DNA of 64,000 bases, from positions 16,680,001 through 16,744,000 of the forward strand of contig CM052818.1 of NCBI GenBank assembly GCA_028534125.1. Reading direction: 5' to 3'. Shown here piece by piece: positions 1-11,710 of this stretch (the stretch's first letter is position 1; each line of letters starts with the position of its first letter). The notes below the pieces were generated by a model. That model was not told where the DNA came from. It saw nothing but the letters and a program-made list of their open reading frames with translations, and did not search any database. The stretch is from Lama glama. Its lineage: Eukaryota. Position numbers and translations under genes: made by a program.

Positions 1-909
1 TATATATGTATGTATCTGTATATGTGTGTAGGTATACATATATAAATATAATTTTGGGAAGAAAATACAACAGAATAGTAACAGTAAGTGGTGAACTTAC
101 ATACAAATATTTATTATTTTCTTGTTTATACTTATATTTACGTGATTATACACAAGAAGCATATATCAATTTAATATTTCGAACATAACAAGCATTATTT
201 AAAGATTAATCTACAGAAAGAAAGACCTATTTCTTTACTCTAACACCTCACCAAGAACTGCTAACCACTCTTCCTTCTCAAATAATGTGACATACCCTTT
301 TAAGGCAGAACTTACTTATCTTGCTATATGTGTAGTTTTCTCCCAGGGACAGAAAGGTCTTGACTTTGGCTTGACAGATTTACTTTCTGGTGCCCATTTA
401 TATTTCCAAACTAATTTAGGCATGCAGCATAGCTGATGATGTAAAATAAGATTTCACAGATTTATAAGTTCCTTGAGATAAGGTAATGTGGTTAATCCAT
501 CTCTGTATTTCCATGAATGTTGCAGCTCTTGGGCACCCAATACTAGTTCTTTGGAAGTACTTGGAAGTTTTTGGTTGGTATAACGTTGCCCTCATTCTCA
601 AGTGGTGCAGCATCATATGCCATTTTACATTTATGAACTTTGCCTTATATTTTTTAATTTGTTAATTTTATAAAACACTTTATACTTTTTAATAAGATTC
701 ATAAACACTTTCAAAACATTTTAAAATTCCGAGAAGTTAGGCATCTTGTTTACATTTGTATAATTTAATCCCTTAAACTGTCATATAACATATAAACTTA
801 TTTCTTAACAATTACCTTATAAAATAACTATATGAACCATCTCTAGATAATTTATAATAGTCCATTATATGAATTATCCTAAATTTTAGATTCAAGTCAC
901 TTGAAAGTT

Positions 910-1150
910 GGCATGGAGTAGTGGGTAAGCACCCAAGCCCTAGAGTGGCTAAGAATGGCTATGTTTGAATCCTCGTTTTGCCATTTATTAGCTAACTGAC
1001 ATCTACTTACTTATTTTTTCTGTACTTCATTTTTTTCATTTATAAAGTGAGTATAGTAGAATTTACTTTGTAAGTTTTTAATGCAGATTAAATTAGCTAT
1101 TTATAAAGCATTCAAAATAATGAATAGTACCCGGTATTTACTAAATTAAT
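910..1150 (+). mobile_element. MIR SINE
   Basis: Degenerate MIR core (tttgaatcct...gccatttattagct...tttataaagtgag...cagattaaattagct). Confidence 0.7.
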
Positions 1151-2660
1151 GTATACTTGATTTATAGCAAAAGTACCAATGAAGTTCAGTAGGAGGAATA
1201 TGTTTTTTTTCCCAATAAATGTTGCTGGAGCAATTGAATATCCATGGGAAGAGGTAAATCTTGATCCTCTACTTCATGTGATAACCAAAAGCTAATTTTA
1301 CATGGGTTATGTATCTAAATATAAAAGGTGAAACTACATAGCTTCTAGAAGAAAATATAGGAGAGAATCTTCATGATCTTAGTAGAGCCAAAAATCCCTT
1401 AGTAGAGCCCAATTTCTGATTAAAGGAAAACATTGATAGGTAGGACTTAATCAAAAGTTAAAACCCTTGGTCATCAAAAATACATCAGTAAGCAAATAAA
1501 TAGTGACATGATAGATGGGATAAGATATTGCTAATACATATAGCCAACAAAGGATTCATATACATAACATACAAAGAACTTCTAAAAGTCAACAAGAAAA
1601 AAGCATACAATATAATTTTAAAAATGGACAAAACATTTGACCAGGGACTTTACAAAAGAGGATAGCAAAGTGACCAATAAGCATCTGAAAAAGTAATCAA
1701 GATTGTTACCCTTCAGGAAAACATAAATGAAAACCACAGTAAGACTCTACTATACTCTCACCATTATGACTAAAATTCAAAAGGTTGACAATATCAAATG
1801 TTGGTGAAGCTGTAAGACAACTAGAACCATCATACATTTCTGGATGAAGTTTGCGGGAGCCATAAGAATATGCCTTATAAATTTCAAGGTACTGGTAGCC
1901 TTCCCAATAGCCTTGTCAAAATGCCCTTAGCGTACATCGTAGTGTAAGATTCTTCCACCCAACTTGACTTGTCCCCATTCTCCGTGAGGGGTCCAGACTT
2001 GCATTGACCCTTGGCAGCTCTCTCAGCCTTTTTATGGCTCTCACTCCCCATTTTTCTCTCAAGGTGCTTTCCCTAACAAAATAATTGTACATTTAGTCCC
2101 ATTTTAGTGTCTGCCTCTTGGGGACATGGGCCAACATGGACTCATTTAGAAAAAATGTTTGAAACTACAACCCAATGGACAAGACCTCCCAGTATTCCAA
2201 AGCATAAATCCAAAAGAAATGAGTAGATATTTATACAAAACTATCTATAAAGGAATAATCATAGCAGTTATATTGATAATAACCCCAAAGTGGAGGCAAC
2301 CCAAATATTCTTCAGTAGGAGTCAGAACAAATTGTGATAAATTCATAAAAGGAAATACAATGCAACAATAAAAAATGAACTGCTAGTACACTAAACAACA
2401 TAATTGACTCCTAATAATATTTAGCTGAGTGAAATAAGCCAGACACAAGCAAGTATAGACTGTGTAATTCTATTCATATGGAGTTCAAGAACAAATTAAT
2501 ATGTAATAATGAAAGTCAGAAATGTTATAAAATTTTTTTGTTGTTGGTGGTCATACAAGTAAAAATTATGTGTGTTAAAAGATGTGTAAGAATTATTGAA
2601 GAGAGCAATTAAGATTAGATCACTTTGTGCACTTTAGGTTTGTTATGCCTCAATTAAAAA
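1150..2660 (+). mobile_element. Old L1 (L1M-type) ORF2 3' end and 3'UTR, interrupted by an LTR
   Basis: Typical L1 3' motifs (ttcccaataaatgttgctggagcaattg, ctagaagaaaatatagg, aaaccacagtaagac, ccccaaagtggaggcaacccaaat) and an A-rich end at ~2655. Confidence 0.85.
1850..2136 (+). mobile_element. ERVL-type LTR fragment (MER54/MER74/LTR16-like) nested in L1
   Basis: GC-richer block interrupting the L1, ending in tcccattttagtgtctgcctcttggggacatgggccaaca, similar to ERVL LTR 3' termini. Confidence 0.55.
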
Positions 2661-3778
2661 ATATTATATGGCATATGTGATATATAGAGATATGTGTATA
2701 TATATATAAGCATGCAAATGTCCAAAATCTAATTTTCTGGACTGATAAATCCCTGTTTCTATAGGTTGTTTGCCACTAAAATTATTTTATTTTCTGAATT
2801 ATTATCTATCTCTTCAAATTACACCTTTTAATGTTGTTCATTCAAATACATATGAAAGGGAATGGGATAAGCTGATGAGCTACAGGTAAAGAAACTGCCC
2901 TGAGAAAAAGATTATGTGCCAGAAGTGTCTCTAGAACCATTGTGCCAAGCAGGAAAGCCCACAATTTATTCTAGTAGGCAGATCCAGTAGAGAGATATTT
3001 TTGGCATAACACTGATCTCAAGCTACAGGGAATTCTACTGCATTCAAGGCAGAAGCTTCTGTATGACGTAGAATGACAATCGAAGAAGTAGTGGAAATGC
3101 CATTCTGTCTTTCAGCTGCTATAATTGGGTAGCTATATTTTGGGAAAAAATATGTTTAAATTCCTTCCTTATGGCTACTGTCAATTTTTTTTCTTAAGAG
3201 CTAGACATGTTTTTGTGCTTGAAATGATTCTAAGATTTTTTCTTTGACTAGACACAGGGGTGAAATTTTTCTTTGAGCACTGCTGCTGAAGAGAGGCTCT
3301 TAATTTTAAATAAGAATTTTATACTATATTTATGCATGCCTCCTTATTAGTGTGAGCAATTTTTCCACTTAATGCTGGTAAAACGTGTGGAAATGTCAGT
3401 ATAAAATCATTTTTGTGGGTGCACCTTCAGAGAAAAGATCATTGTAGTTATTAAATAAACTTACCATAAAGAGACTTCTTTTTATTTGGATATTGAACTT
3501 AAAATCTTGCAGGGCAATGAGTTCTTATGAATTGTAGATGATTTATTAGTTTTATTTAAAAGATGTGGAACTTGGAATGACTATGCAAGTCTCCTCGATT
3601 TTCATCTTTCCTATGCCATCAACGTACTGGATAAATCTTAACAGTTTCTATAAATGGAGCAATAACACCCAGGAGAATATGGCCTACCAATGCTTGCCAA
3701 GTGTGTTACATTCCCAGCAGTCATGCAGCAGTCATAGCAGGGAAAGGAAAGTTTTCAGCTTGGAGTTAGCCTTAAGAC

Positions 3779-3930
3779 AATGACTTTCAAAATGTGGTCT
3801 GAACTTTCCTCTTTATCACCTGGGTAAACTGTTTTAAAATGAAGGTTCCTGCTTGCCTTTACACAAAATTTATAAGCACAGAGCCTGGAAATCTGCATTT
3901 TAACTTGCTACCAAGATGATTCTTAAATAC
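3779..3930. mobile_element. MER5-like hAT-Charlie DNA transposon relic
   Basis: ttcaaaatgtggtc...gcctggaaatctgcattttaac...gatgattctta motifs. Confidence 0.6.
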
Positions 3931-6194
3931 AAGGTTTGTTTGTTTTTTTTTAACTAAAAATGAATGTGATGATTACTCTCCCAGAGCTGCACTTCATTAT
4001 GCCTGTAAAATTACTCATCCCATTCCCACAATAGGAACTAGCACCAAGAAGGCAAGGCAAACAAATAATGGAGATGAAGACTCTGGTATAATATTTGTCA
4101 TTTAAAATAAGTTTTAAACAATCTTGCCTATTTGTTATTCTTATACCATTCCAGGAGGTAGCTATATTTTGTTCTTGACAAGAAATTTGTCTTACTTTTA
4201 TTATTTAATGATATCTACAAAGGAGATCTCAGGGATTATACAAAATTGGAAATTAATTCTGGCAGAAGGGACTGTTGTATCTTTGAATGAAAAACAATGA
4301 TTTTTAAAATTATACAAAATGAACAGAAGAGCCACCATGCTATTTCTTGTCCTTTTGCTATTAATTTAAAATTATGTTAATGAATTCAGAGGAATAAAAG
4401 AAAAATGTCTTCTTTGATAATTCATAATTTTGAAAAAGAACCAGGTTTGAAAGATAAGAATCTGAGAATTTTAGCTTCTTTCCTACCCACATGATTCAGA
4501 TTTGTGCCTGAAATCTTGAAATTCTTAACAAACTTAGGACACACTTTTAAATCCAACACAAATGTGAGAAATAAAGGCAAAACATTTCATTGTGAAATGA
4601 TATTTCCTTTGGAGTTTGAAGTAGATACAAGCAGAGCTGTTAAATTTTACCAATTTAAAACGTGAGAGACTTGTCTATTATAGTGATGCCAGCTCGCCTT
4701 TCACAGGCTATTGGCGAGACAGCCAGTTTCCTTCTACTTACTGAACGAAGGGAATCTAAACTGAAGTAGGGGATCTTTGTCTGGCATTGAAAATTCAGTG
4801 CCCTCGCCATCTCTGGGTGCTGACGTGCTGCTTTAATCTGGGCCATGTTGGTATTCGGACTTTGACTAACTCAGTGATGAAATGGTAATAATATAGCCAA
4901 CGTACTTCCTAATATTAAAATGCAGTGCAGCTCTGATAGGAGCAAAAATTCCAGACAGGGTAAATAGCTAGATCCTTTTGTTATAGTATTGCCAAAGTCA
5001 TGAATTCTTAGTATTTTATTATTAATTGTTGATCATAAGATAAAGACACATTGAGAAAAAGTACTATTGCTCCACTTTCTCTTCTTCCTACTGTCCATAC
5101 GTAGGTAGTAATATCTTTGTGTCATTGACAAGAAATACCAACTATTTCCATGGATTTTTTTTTCCTGAAGTTCAATTTTTGTAAGGAAAGTTAATAAAAT
5201 ATGAAAATAACTTTGGCAATTGTTAAAAATAGTGCTTTGGATTATGAAGTGAAGATTGTCCTTTTTAAAGAAGTCCACCTTAGATTGTTAATATGAATTA
5301 TAATAAGGCCCTGGGCATGAAAACACCTAGCATTTATGTCAGTACTGTCTCTAAAATAATTTATAAAATATTACATATTTTATATGTCTATGAACTCAGA
5401 CATACACATGTAATGTTACATTATATTAAAATACATCCTTTTATAAAATACATGTGTTACAAACATATACACGTACAAATTAGAAAGTGACATCTTTAGA
5501 TATTCCTATATATATCATAAAATAAATGTTCTCTTCTTTTGAGACAAAGTTTCCTTGGAGAGTTTGGTACTAGCTCTGGAACCACCCCTGCATCTCTAAC
5601 TGAATGTACACATTCAGACAGCTTCAAGTCTAGGATCATTCAGTGGAATTTCCAAACAGTGCATAGACACAATTTTACTACAGTTACACTTTGAGTTTCC
5701 TAACTGGAAACAGGCAATCAGGCTCTCCCATGGGAAACCAAACCTGAAGTGAACCTTGAGGCCATGGAGTAGCTCTGCATTTCTCCCTTCCCCAACCCCA
5801 GTTTTTCAGAACTGTAAGAATTTGTTGAGGCTCCAGCCACTTCAGAAGAATGAATTTCTTCTCTGTCTGGGAATCACATAGGCATTCTTAATCATTTTTC
5901 AATTTTGACATTCAGTTGGTAATGGTTTCTAAATTCACCTTCTCTACCAATTTAAGGGCTGCAGAAAGAGTAAGGACAACTTTAAAATATGCATGGTACA
6001 GCCCAAATAAAAGGTTTGTGGCTAAATGATATTTAACACTATTTGCAATGCTGGTAATTTTAGAGTAAATGTTGGAGATCAGTCGGCTCTTAAAAAAGAA
6101 GGACAAATTGTTCTCATGTCATTGATTATAGAGATCTGTTGAATAGAAAAATGAAGAATATTTATTTGACTTATAGTTTTATCAGCAGATTGAT

Positions 6195-6460
6195 AGGAGT
6201 CTGAGACCAGGCTCTGTCACTGACAGTGAGTGGGTTCTAGGAAGTGACTTCGCCTCTTTAAGTTTCAGCATCTTCATCCATAAATTGGAGTTGATACTTC
6301 ATTCAGGATGTATTCTACCAACATTTACTCGCTTAAGACCTCCCAAGCACATGGTGATAGTATTTACTTCATAATACTGTTGCAAGAACTAAAAGAGATG
6401 ATGGTGTTGTGTTTTTAGAACAGGTCTGGTACATACGAAGGCACTCAGTAAATGTTTAAT
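6195..6460 (+). mobile_element. MIR SINE
   Basis: ggctctgtcactgac...gtttcagcatcttcatccataaattggag...tctggtacatacgaaggcactcagtaaatgtt. Confidence 0.65.
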
Positions 6461-7264
6461 AAAATGTTTTGTTGATTCTTCTCCCTCATTAGGTAACTTT
6501 ATTATTATTTTGGCTGAATCATGTCCAGAAAATAAAATATTTGCTATAGCCACTTACCCAGAAATTAAAAATAGGTGTAGTGATGGAGTAAACCATTGAG
6601 GAAAAAGCTTATCCTTAGTGGAGGTAATGAGATGCACTGAGTTACTAGATTGTAGGTGATGTTGTCTGTTACGTGGGATTTTTTTCATCCTTACCAAACA
6701 TAAAACTCACACGATTTCAGAATGAACTAAAACTGGAAAATGTTGCTATGCTTTTCTTTCCATTGTTTCTATTGCTCTTTGGTTTGTTTTGTTTTGTTTT
6801 TGAGAGTTACATTGTTTTTACCACTTCCTTTTTTGGGAATGAGAAAATTTTTCTTGTTCACAGAGTCTTAGATTTTCCTCTAAAAGACTAAGTTTGCTTT
6901 CAATAGCATGATATGATATTACTAAAATAGTAATAGTTAAATTTAACATGCATGACATTATGCAAATTTAGCATGCATCCTAAAGTAAAACTACGCAAAA
7001 ATAACTAAAAATTTAGTAAGCAACCTCAAGCAAATAAACTTAAAAACAACTTGAATAAGGCAAGCAGCAATAAGATTACCCTTTTTGTTCCCACACTAAA
7101 AGAGAATCATAATTAAGAAACCTGGTACAAATAGAAGTTTATTTTTTAACATGGCTGAGTGAGACTCAGGGGCTCAACAAGGTTCTGGGATTTTGAGAAT
7201 ATTTCACAGTATCAAAGATCCATCATTAATTAAGATCAGTGAAGGTCAAGAAATATCAAAATCT

Positions 7265-7401
7265 TATGATAAATCACAGAGAAAAAAATGTGACAATGAG
7301 TGTGTACATGTCCATGAATGACTGAAAAATTGTGCTGAACACTGGAATTTGACACAACACTGTAAAATGATTATGAATCAATAAAAAATGTAAAAAAAAA
7401 A
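7265..7401 (+). mobile_element. Young, severely 5'-truncated L1 3' end with poly(A)
   Basis: AATAAA plus A-tail; perfect 17-bp TSD AAGAAATATCAAAATCT at 7248-7264 and 7402-7418; highly similar to 17335-17467. Confidence 0.9.
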
Positions 7402-7589
7402 AAGAAATATCAAAATCTGCTTATATTAAACTATCAAAACATCTAAGATTGTCCATTCTAGGTTTTCACAAGTGAAGATACAATCTGATCTTTAAAAGAG
7501 CACCATTGTTATGGATGAAGATTAAGAACAATTTCTGAACAGTTATAGACAAAGGCATAGAAACAGTAGTATACTCATATGTACAAACT

Positions 7590-8830
7590 CTTTTCCAATA
7601 TATTGTAGTAAATTCTTCTCTACATATTCTCTTTTATAACCTTTCATAGTTCTTCTTGAGTCAGTTTTGGCAATTTGTCTGTTACTAGGAATATGGCCAT
7701 TTCATTGAGATTACTTAAGTTGTTGGTGTACATTTGTTCATAGTATTTTCCTGTAATCATTTAAAAAATTTTATATGGTTAGTGTCTGCACTTTCATTTC
7801 TGATTTTAGTTATTTGCAAATTGTTTCTTTTGTTTTAGTCAGTCTAACTAAAGCTGTGTTAATTTTATTTTCAAAGAATCAGTTTTTGAATTTGCTGATA
7901 CAGTCTGTTCTTTTTCTATCCTATATTTTATTTATCTTGATTTGAATCTTTATTATTTTCCTCCTTCTGCCAGCTTTGGATTTAGTTTGTTCTTCTTTTT
8001 CCAGGTCCTTCACGGTATAAACAGCTTATAGATTTGGTCTCTTTATTCTTTTTCAACATAAGCTTTTCCTCTGATGACTGCCTTTTCTCCCATAAGTTTT
8101 ATGTTGTGCTCTTATTTTCATTCATCTCTTAGTATTTTTTTAAACATTTTATACGATTTTTTACAATTAAAGTATAGTCAGTTTACAATGTTATATCACA
8201 TCTCTTAGTATTTTTAATTTACCTTGAGATTTATTATTTGACCCATTGGTTACTAAAGAATGCATTGTTTACTTTTTACATATTTGTGTCTTTTCCAAAT
8301 TTCCTTCTGATGTTGATTTCTAGCTCCACTTCATTGTCAGGAAAAAGTTCTTGAATGATTCCAATCTTCTTAAATTTATTGAGACTTGTTTTGTGGCTTA
8401 ACATATGGCCTACTCTGGAGAATTTTCTATGTGCATTTGAGAAGAATATGCATTCTGTGCTTGTGGCGTAGAGTAGGATATCTATATCTGTTGGGTATAG
8501 TCGGATTATAGTGTTGTTCAAGTCCTCTACTTCCTTATTGATCTCCTAAGTGTTCTGTTATTGAAAGTGAGCTATTAAAGTTTCTGACTATTATTGTTAA
8601 ACTATCTATGTCTCCCCTTCAAATTTATAATTGTAGGCTTCATATCTTTAGGGTCACTGTTGTTTCATGTCTATATGTTTATGATTATTATATCTTCTGG
8701 AAACATTAATTCTTTTATCAATATATAATATCTTTCTTCATCTCTGTAATAGATTTTGACTTAAGGTCTATGTCATTTAATATTACCTTAGCCTTTTTTT
8801 CATTATTTGCATGAAGTATCTTTTTCAGTA
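7590..8830 (-). mobile_element. Old L1 ORF2 fragment (endonuclease and downstream region)
   Basis: Minus-strand ORF 8276-8521 (ECIFFSNAHRKFSRVGHMLSHKTSLNKFKKIGII) resembles the L1 ORF2 endonuclease C-terminus. Confidence 0.85.
8140..8198 (-). mobile_element. 59-bp L1 3'-terminal insertion nested in older L1
   Basis: Minus strand aacattgtaaactgactatactttaatt plus A-rich tail; 17-bp TSD CATCTCTTAGTATTTTT at 8123-8139 and 8199-8215. Confidence 0.8.
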
Positions 8831-9049
8831 GATTTTTTATAAGTTCTGAATGCATAATGTCAATGGTAATCAAATTAATAATTAATCATGCATCTGTTGC
8901 TTTATTCATCTGAAATTAACTGATTACCCACTATCCTTAAATTATAGATTTTGCCTTCAAGTGGCCTTCATTTTATCTCAATCTCTCAAATTGTGTTTAA
9001 ATTGTGGCCCCTCAAATAAAAGAGACTATTTTTCTTAAAATATTTGTAA

Positions 9050-10170
9050 TCACATTTATTGAAATGTAATATATACATTATAACTTATATATAAATTGTG
9101 CCCATTTTAAGAATATTGTTTGATAAGTGCTAAGAATACATACATTCATGTAAACTCATCACAACAGAGGTATAGAACGCTTCCACCTCCTTAAAAATAT
9201 TTTCAGTCTCTTCAACACCAGCTCCAGGTAACCGTTTCTCCCCTTCCTTCCACTAAAATTTAGATTTTCTCTTCTACAATTTCAGAGGAATGGATTCATA
9301 GTGTACTTACTCTTTTGTAGATCTCTTCTTTTGCTTAGCAAAATGTGTATGAAATTCAAGCACATTGTTGTCCGTCAGCAGCCCATTCCTTTTAATTGCT
9401 AGGTAGTTTTTCATTGTGTGAATATATGATTTATTTATCCATTCACTTGCTTATGAACACTTTTTTTCCAGTATATAATTACTATAAATAAGCTGCTATA
9501 TGTATTCATATATATTCTTAAGTACTTAAGTAAGTAAATACTTAGGTATTGGCCATATGAAGTCTTTACTCTGATGGGTACCTAGGACACAAGTATTTGG
9601 ACTTTGATGGGGGGAAATAAATTTAAATTTTTTTTCTTTTTATGCAAATTTTCTAACCTTTTTTCCTTATAATATCCATCCCTAGACTTTGTGTATTCCA
9701 AATGTTTGTGATGCTGGGAGGTGAAGTTCATTTTATGTGATCTTCTACATTGTAATCTATTTTGGGAAGACATTAAAGAATACTAAACCCTCATTTAAAT
9801 GTGAAAAAATAATTGCATAAATACTTAGAAGTGCAATTATAAGTCAAATGTCAATGTATTTTTAACCATAGAAAGTTGCCAGTCTTCCAAAATGGTTGTA
9901 CCACTTTACACTCCCACCAGTAATGTATGAGATTTTGATTTTCTCCATATCCTCTCCAGCATTTAGTATTATAGCCGTTATAATGGTGGTGTTTTGGTAT
10001 CTCATTTGGTTTAATAAAGTTCAGCTCATCAATTTTTCTTTTATGCATAGTACTTTTTGGGGAATCTTTCCTAGACCAAGGTTGAATAGATTTTGTCCTT
10101 TATTTTGTTCTACAGGTTTATATTTTAATATTTACATTTAAGTATGTGATCCACTTCAGCATTAACTTTT
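9050..10170 (-). mobile_element. Old L1 (L1MB/MC-like) 3' region, interrupted at 9546-9817
   Basis: L1 3' motifs in antisense (ttccaaaatggttgtaccactttacactcccaccag); ORF 9851-10048 NTKCWRGYGENQNLIHYWWECKVVQPFWKT is the ORF2 C-terminal cysteine-rich region. Confidence 0.8.
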
Positions 10171-10381
10171 TTTGAGAATAGAATCTTTTCTGTGACTGAA
10201 GAAGCTTGAGAATGCCATTGATTCTTTACTGAGTAATATAGAAATAGCACTGAGAACGTACATAACACATTTATATTTTAGGCAAAGCCATTGAAATAAA
10301 TGTGTCATGGCTTTCTGCATTAAATATGCTGTCATATTTAGTATAAAATCTGTAAGATCCTCAGTTTTTAAGATGCAAGTC

Positions 10382-11710
10382 TTTTTGTGTTTTTTTTTTT
10401 TTTCTTTAAAGTGTAGTTGGTTTACAATGTTGTGTTAATTACTGGTATACAGCATAGTGGTTCAGTTATATATATATCTAATATATTCCCTTTTATATTA
10501 TTTTTCATTAAAGGGTATTATAAGATAATAACAATTCCCTGTGCTGTAGAGTAAGACCTTGATGTTTACCTATTTTATATATAGTAGTTAGTATCTGCAA
10601 AGCCCAGACTCCCAATTTATTCCTCTACCCCTCCTATGCTCCCTTGTAACCACAAGTTTGTTCTCTATGTCTGTGAGTCTGTTTCTGGTTTTTTTTTTTT
10701 TAATTAGTTCATTTGTATCATTTTTTTTAGATTTCACATAGAAGTCATATCATATGGTATTTTCCTTTCTCTTTCTGACTTACTTCATTTAGTATGACAA
10801 TCTCCAGGTCCATCCATGTTGCTACAAATGACATTTTATTCTTTTTTATGGCTGAGCAGTATTCCATTGTATATATATACCACATCTTCTTTATCCAATC
10901 ATCTGTGAATGAACATTTAGGTTGCTTCTGTGTCTGGCTATGGTAAATAGTGCTGCTGTGAATATTGGGGTGCAAGTATCTTTCCAAATTACAGTTTCCT
11001 TCAGATATATACCCAGGAGTGGGATTGCTGGATCATATGGTAAGTCTATTTTTAGTTTTTTAAGGAATCTTCATACTGTTTTCCATAATGACTACACCAA
11101 ACTATATCCCACCAGCAGCGCAGGTAGGAGGGTTCCCTTTTCTCCACACTCTCTCCAGCATTTATTGTTTGTGGACTTTTTAATGATGGCCATTCTGACT
11201 GGTGTCAGGTGATACCTCACTGTAGTTTTAATTTACATTTATCTAGTAGTTAGCAATGTTGAGCATTTTTTTCATGTACCTATTGGCCATTTGTATGTCT
11301 TCCCTGGGGAAATGTTTGTTTAGGTCTTCTGCCCATTTTTTGATTGGGATGTTTATTTTCTTGTTATTGAGTTGTATGAGCTGTTTGTATATTCTAGAAA
11401 TTAAGCCCCTGTCAGTCGCATCATTTGCAAATATTTTCTCCACTTCTGTAGGCTATATTTTCATTTTGTTTATAGTTTCCTTTGCTTATCAGTTTAATTA
11501 GGTCCCATATGTTTATTTTTGTTTTTATTTCCATTGCCTCTGTAGATTGCCCTGGGAGAACATAGCTAAGATTTAAGTCAGAGAATGTTTTGCCTATGTT
11601 TTCTTCTAAGAGGTTTATAGGATCTTGTCTTATGCTTAAATCTTTAAGCCACTTTGAGTTAATTTTTGTGTATGGTGTGAGCAAGTGCTCTAACTTGATT
11701 TACATGTGTA
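10382..11710 (-). mobile_element. L1 3' 1.3 kb (cetartiodactyl-type), frameshifted ORF2 C-terminus
   Basis: Poly-T at ~10382-10407; minus ORFs [66 protein letters not shown] are L1 ORF2p. Confidence 0.95.

Noticed and set aside
1378..1409. 12-bp direct repeat CTTAGTAGAGCC; similar micro-duplications at ~22551 and ~52751
   Set aside because: Two-copy slippage duplications inside decayed L1s; not arrays and not CRISPR-like.
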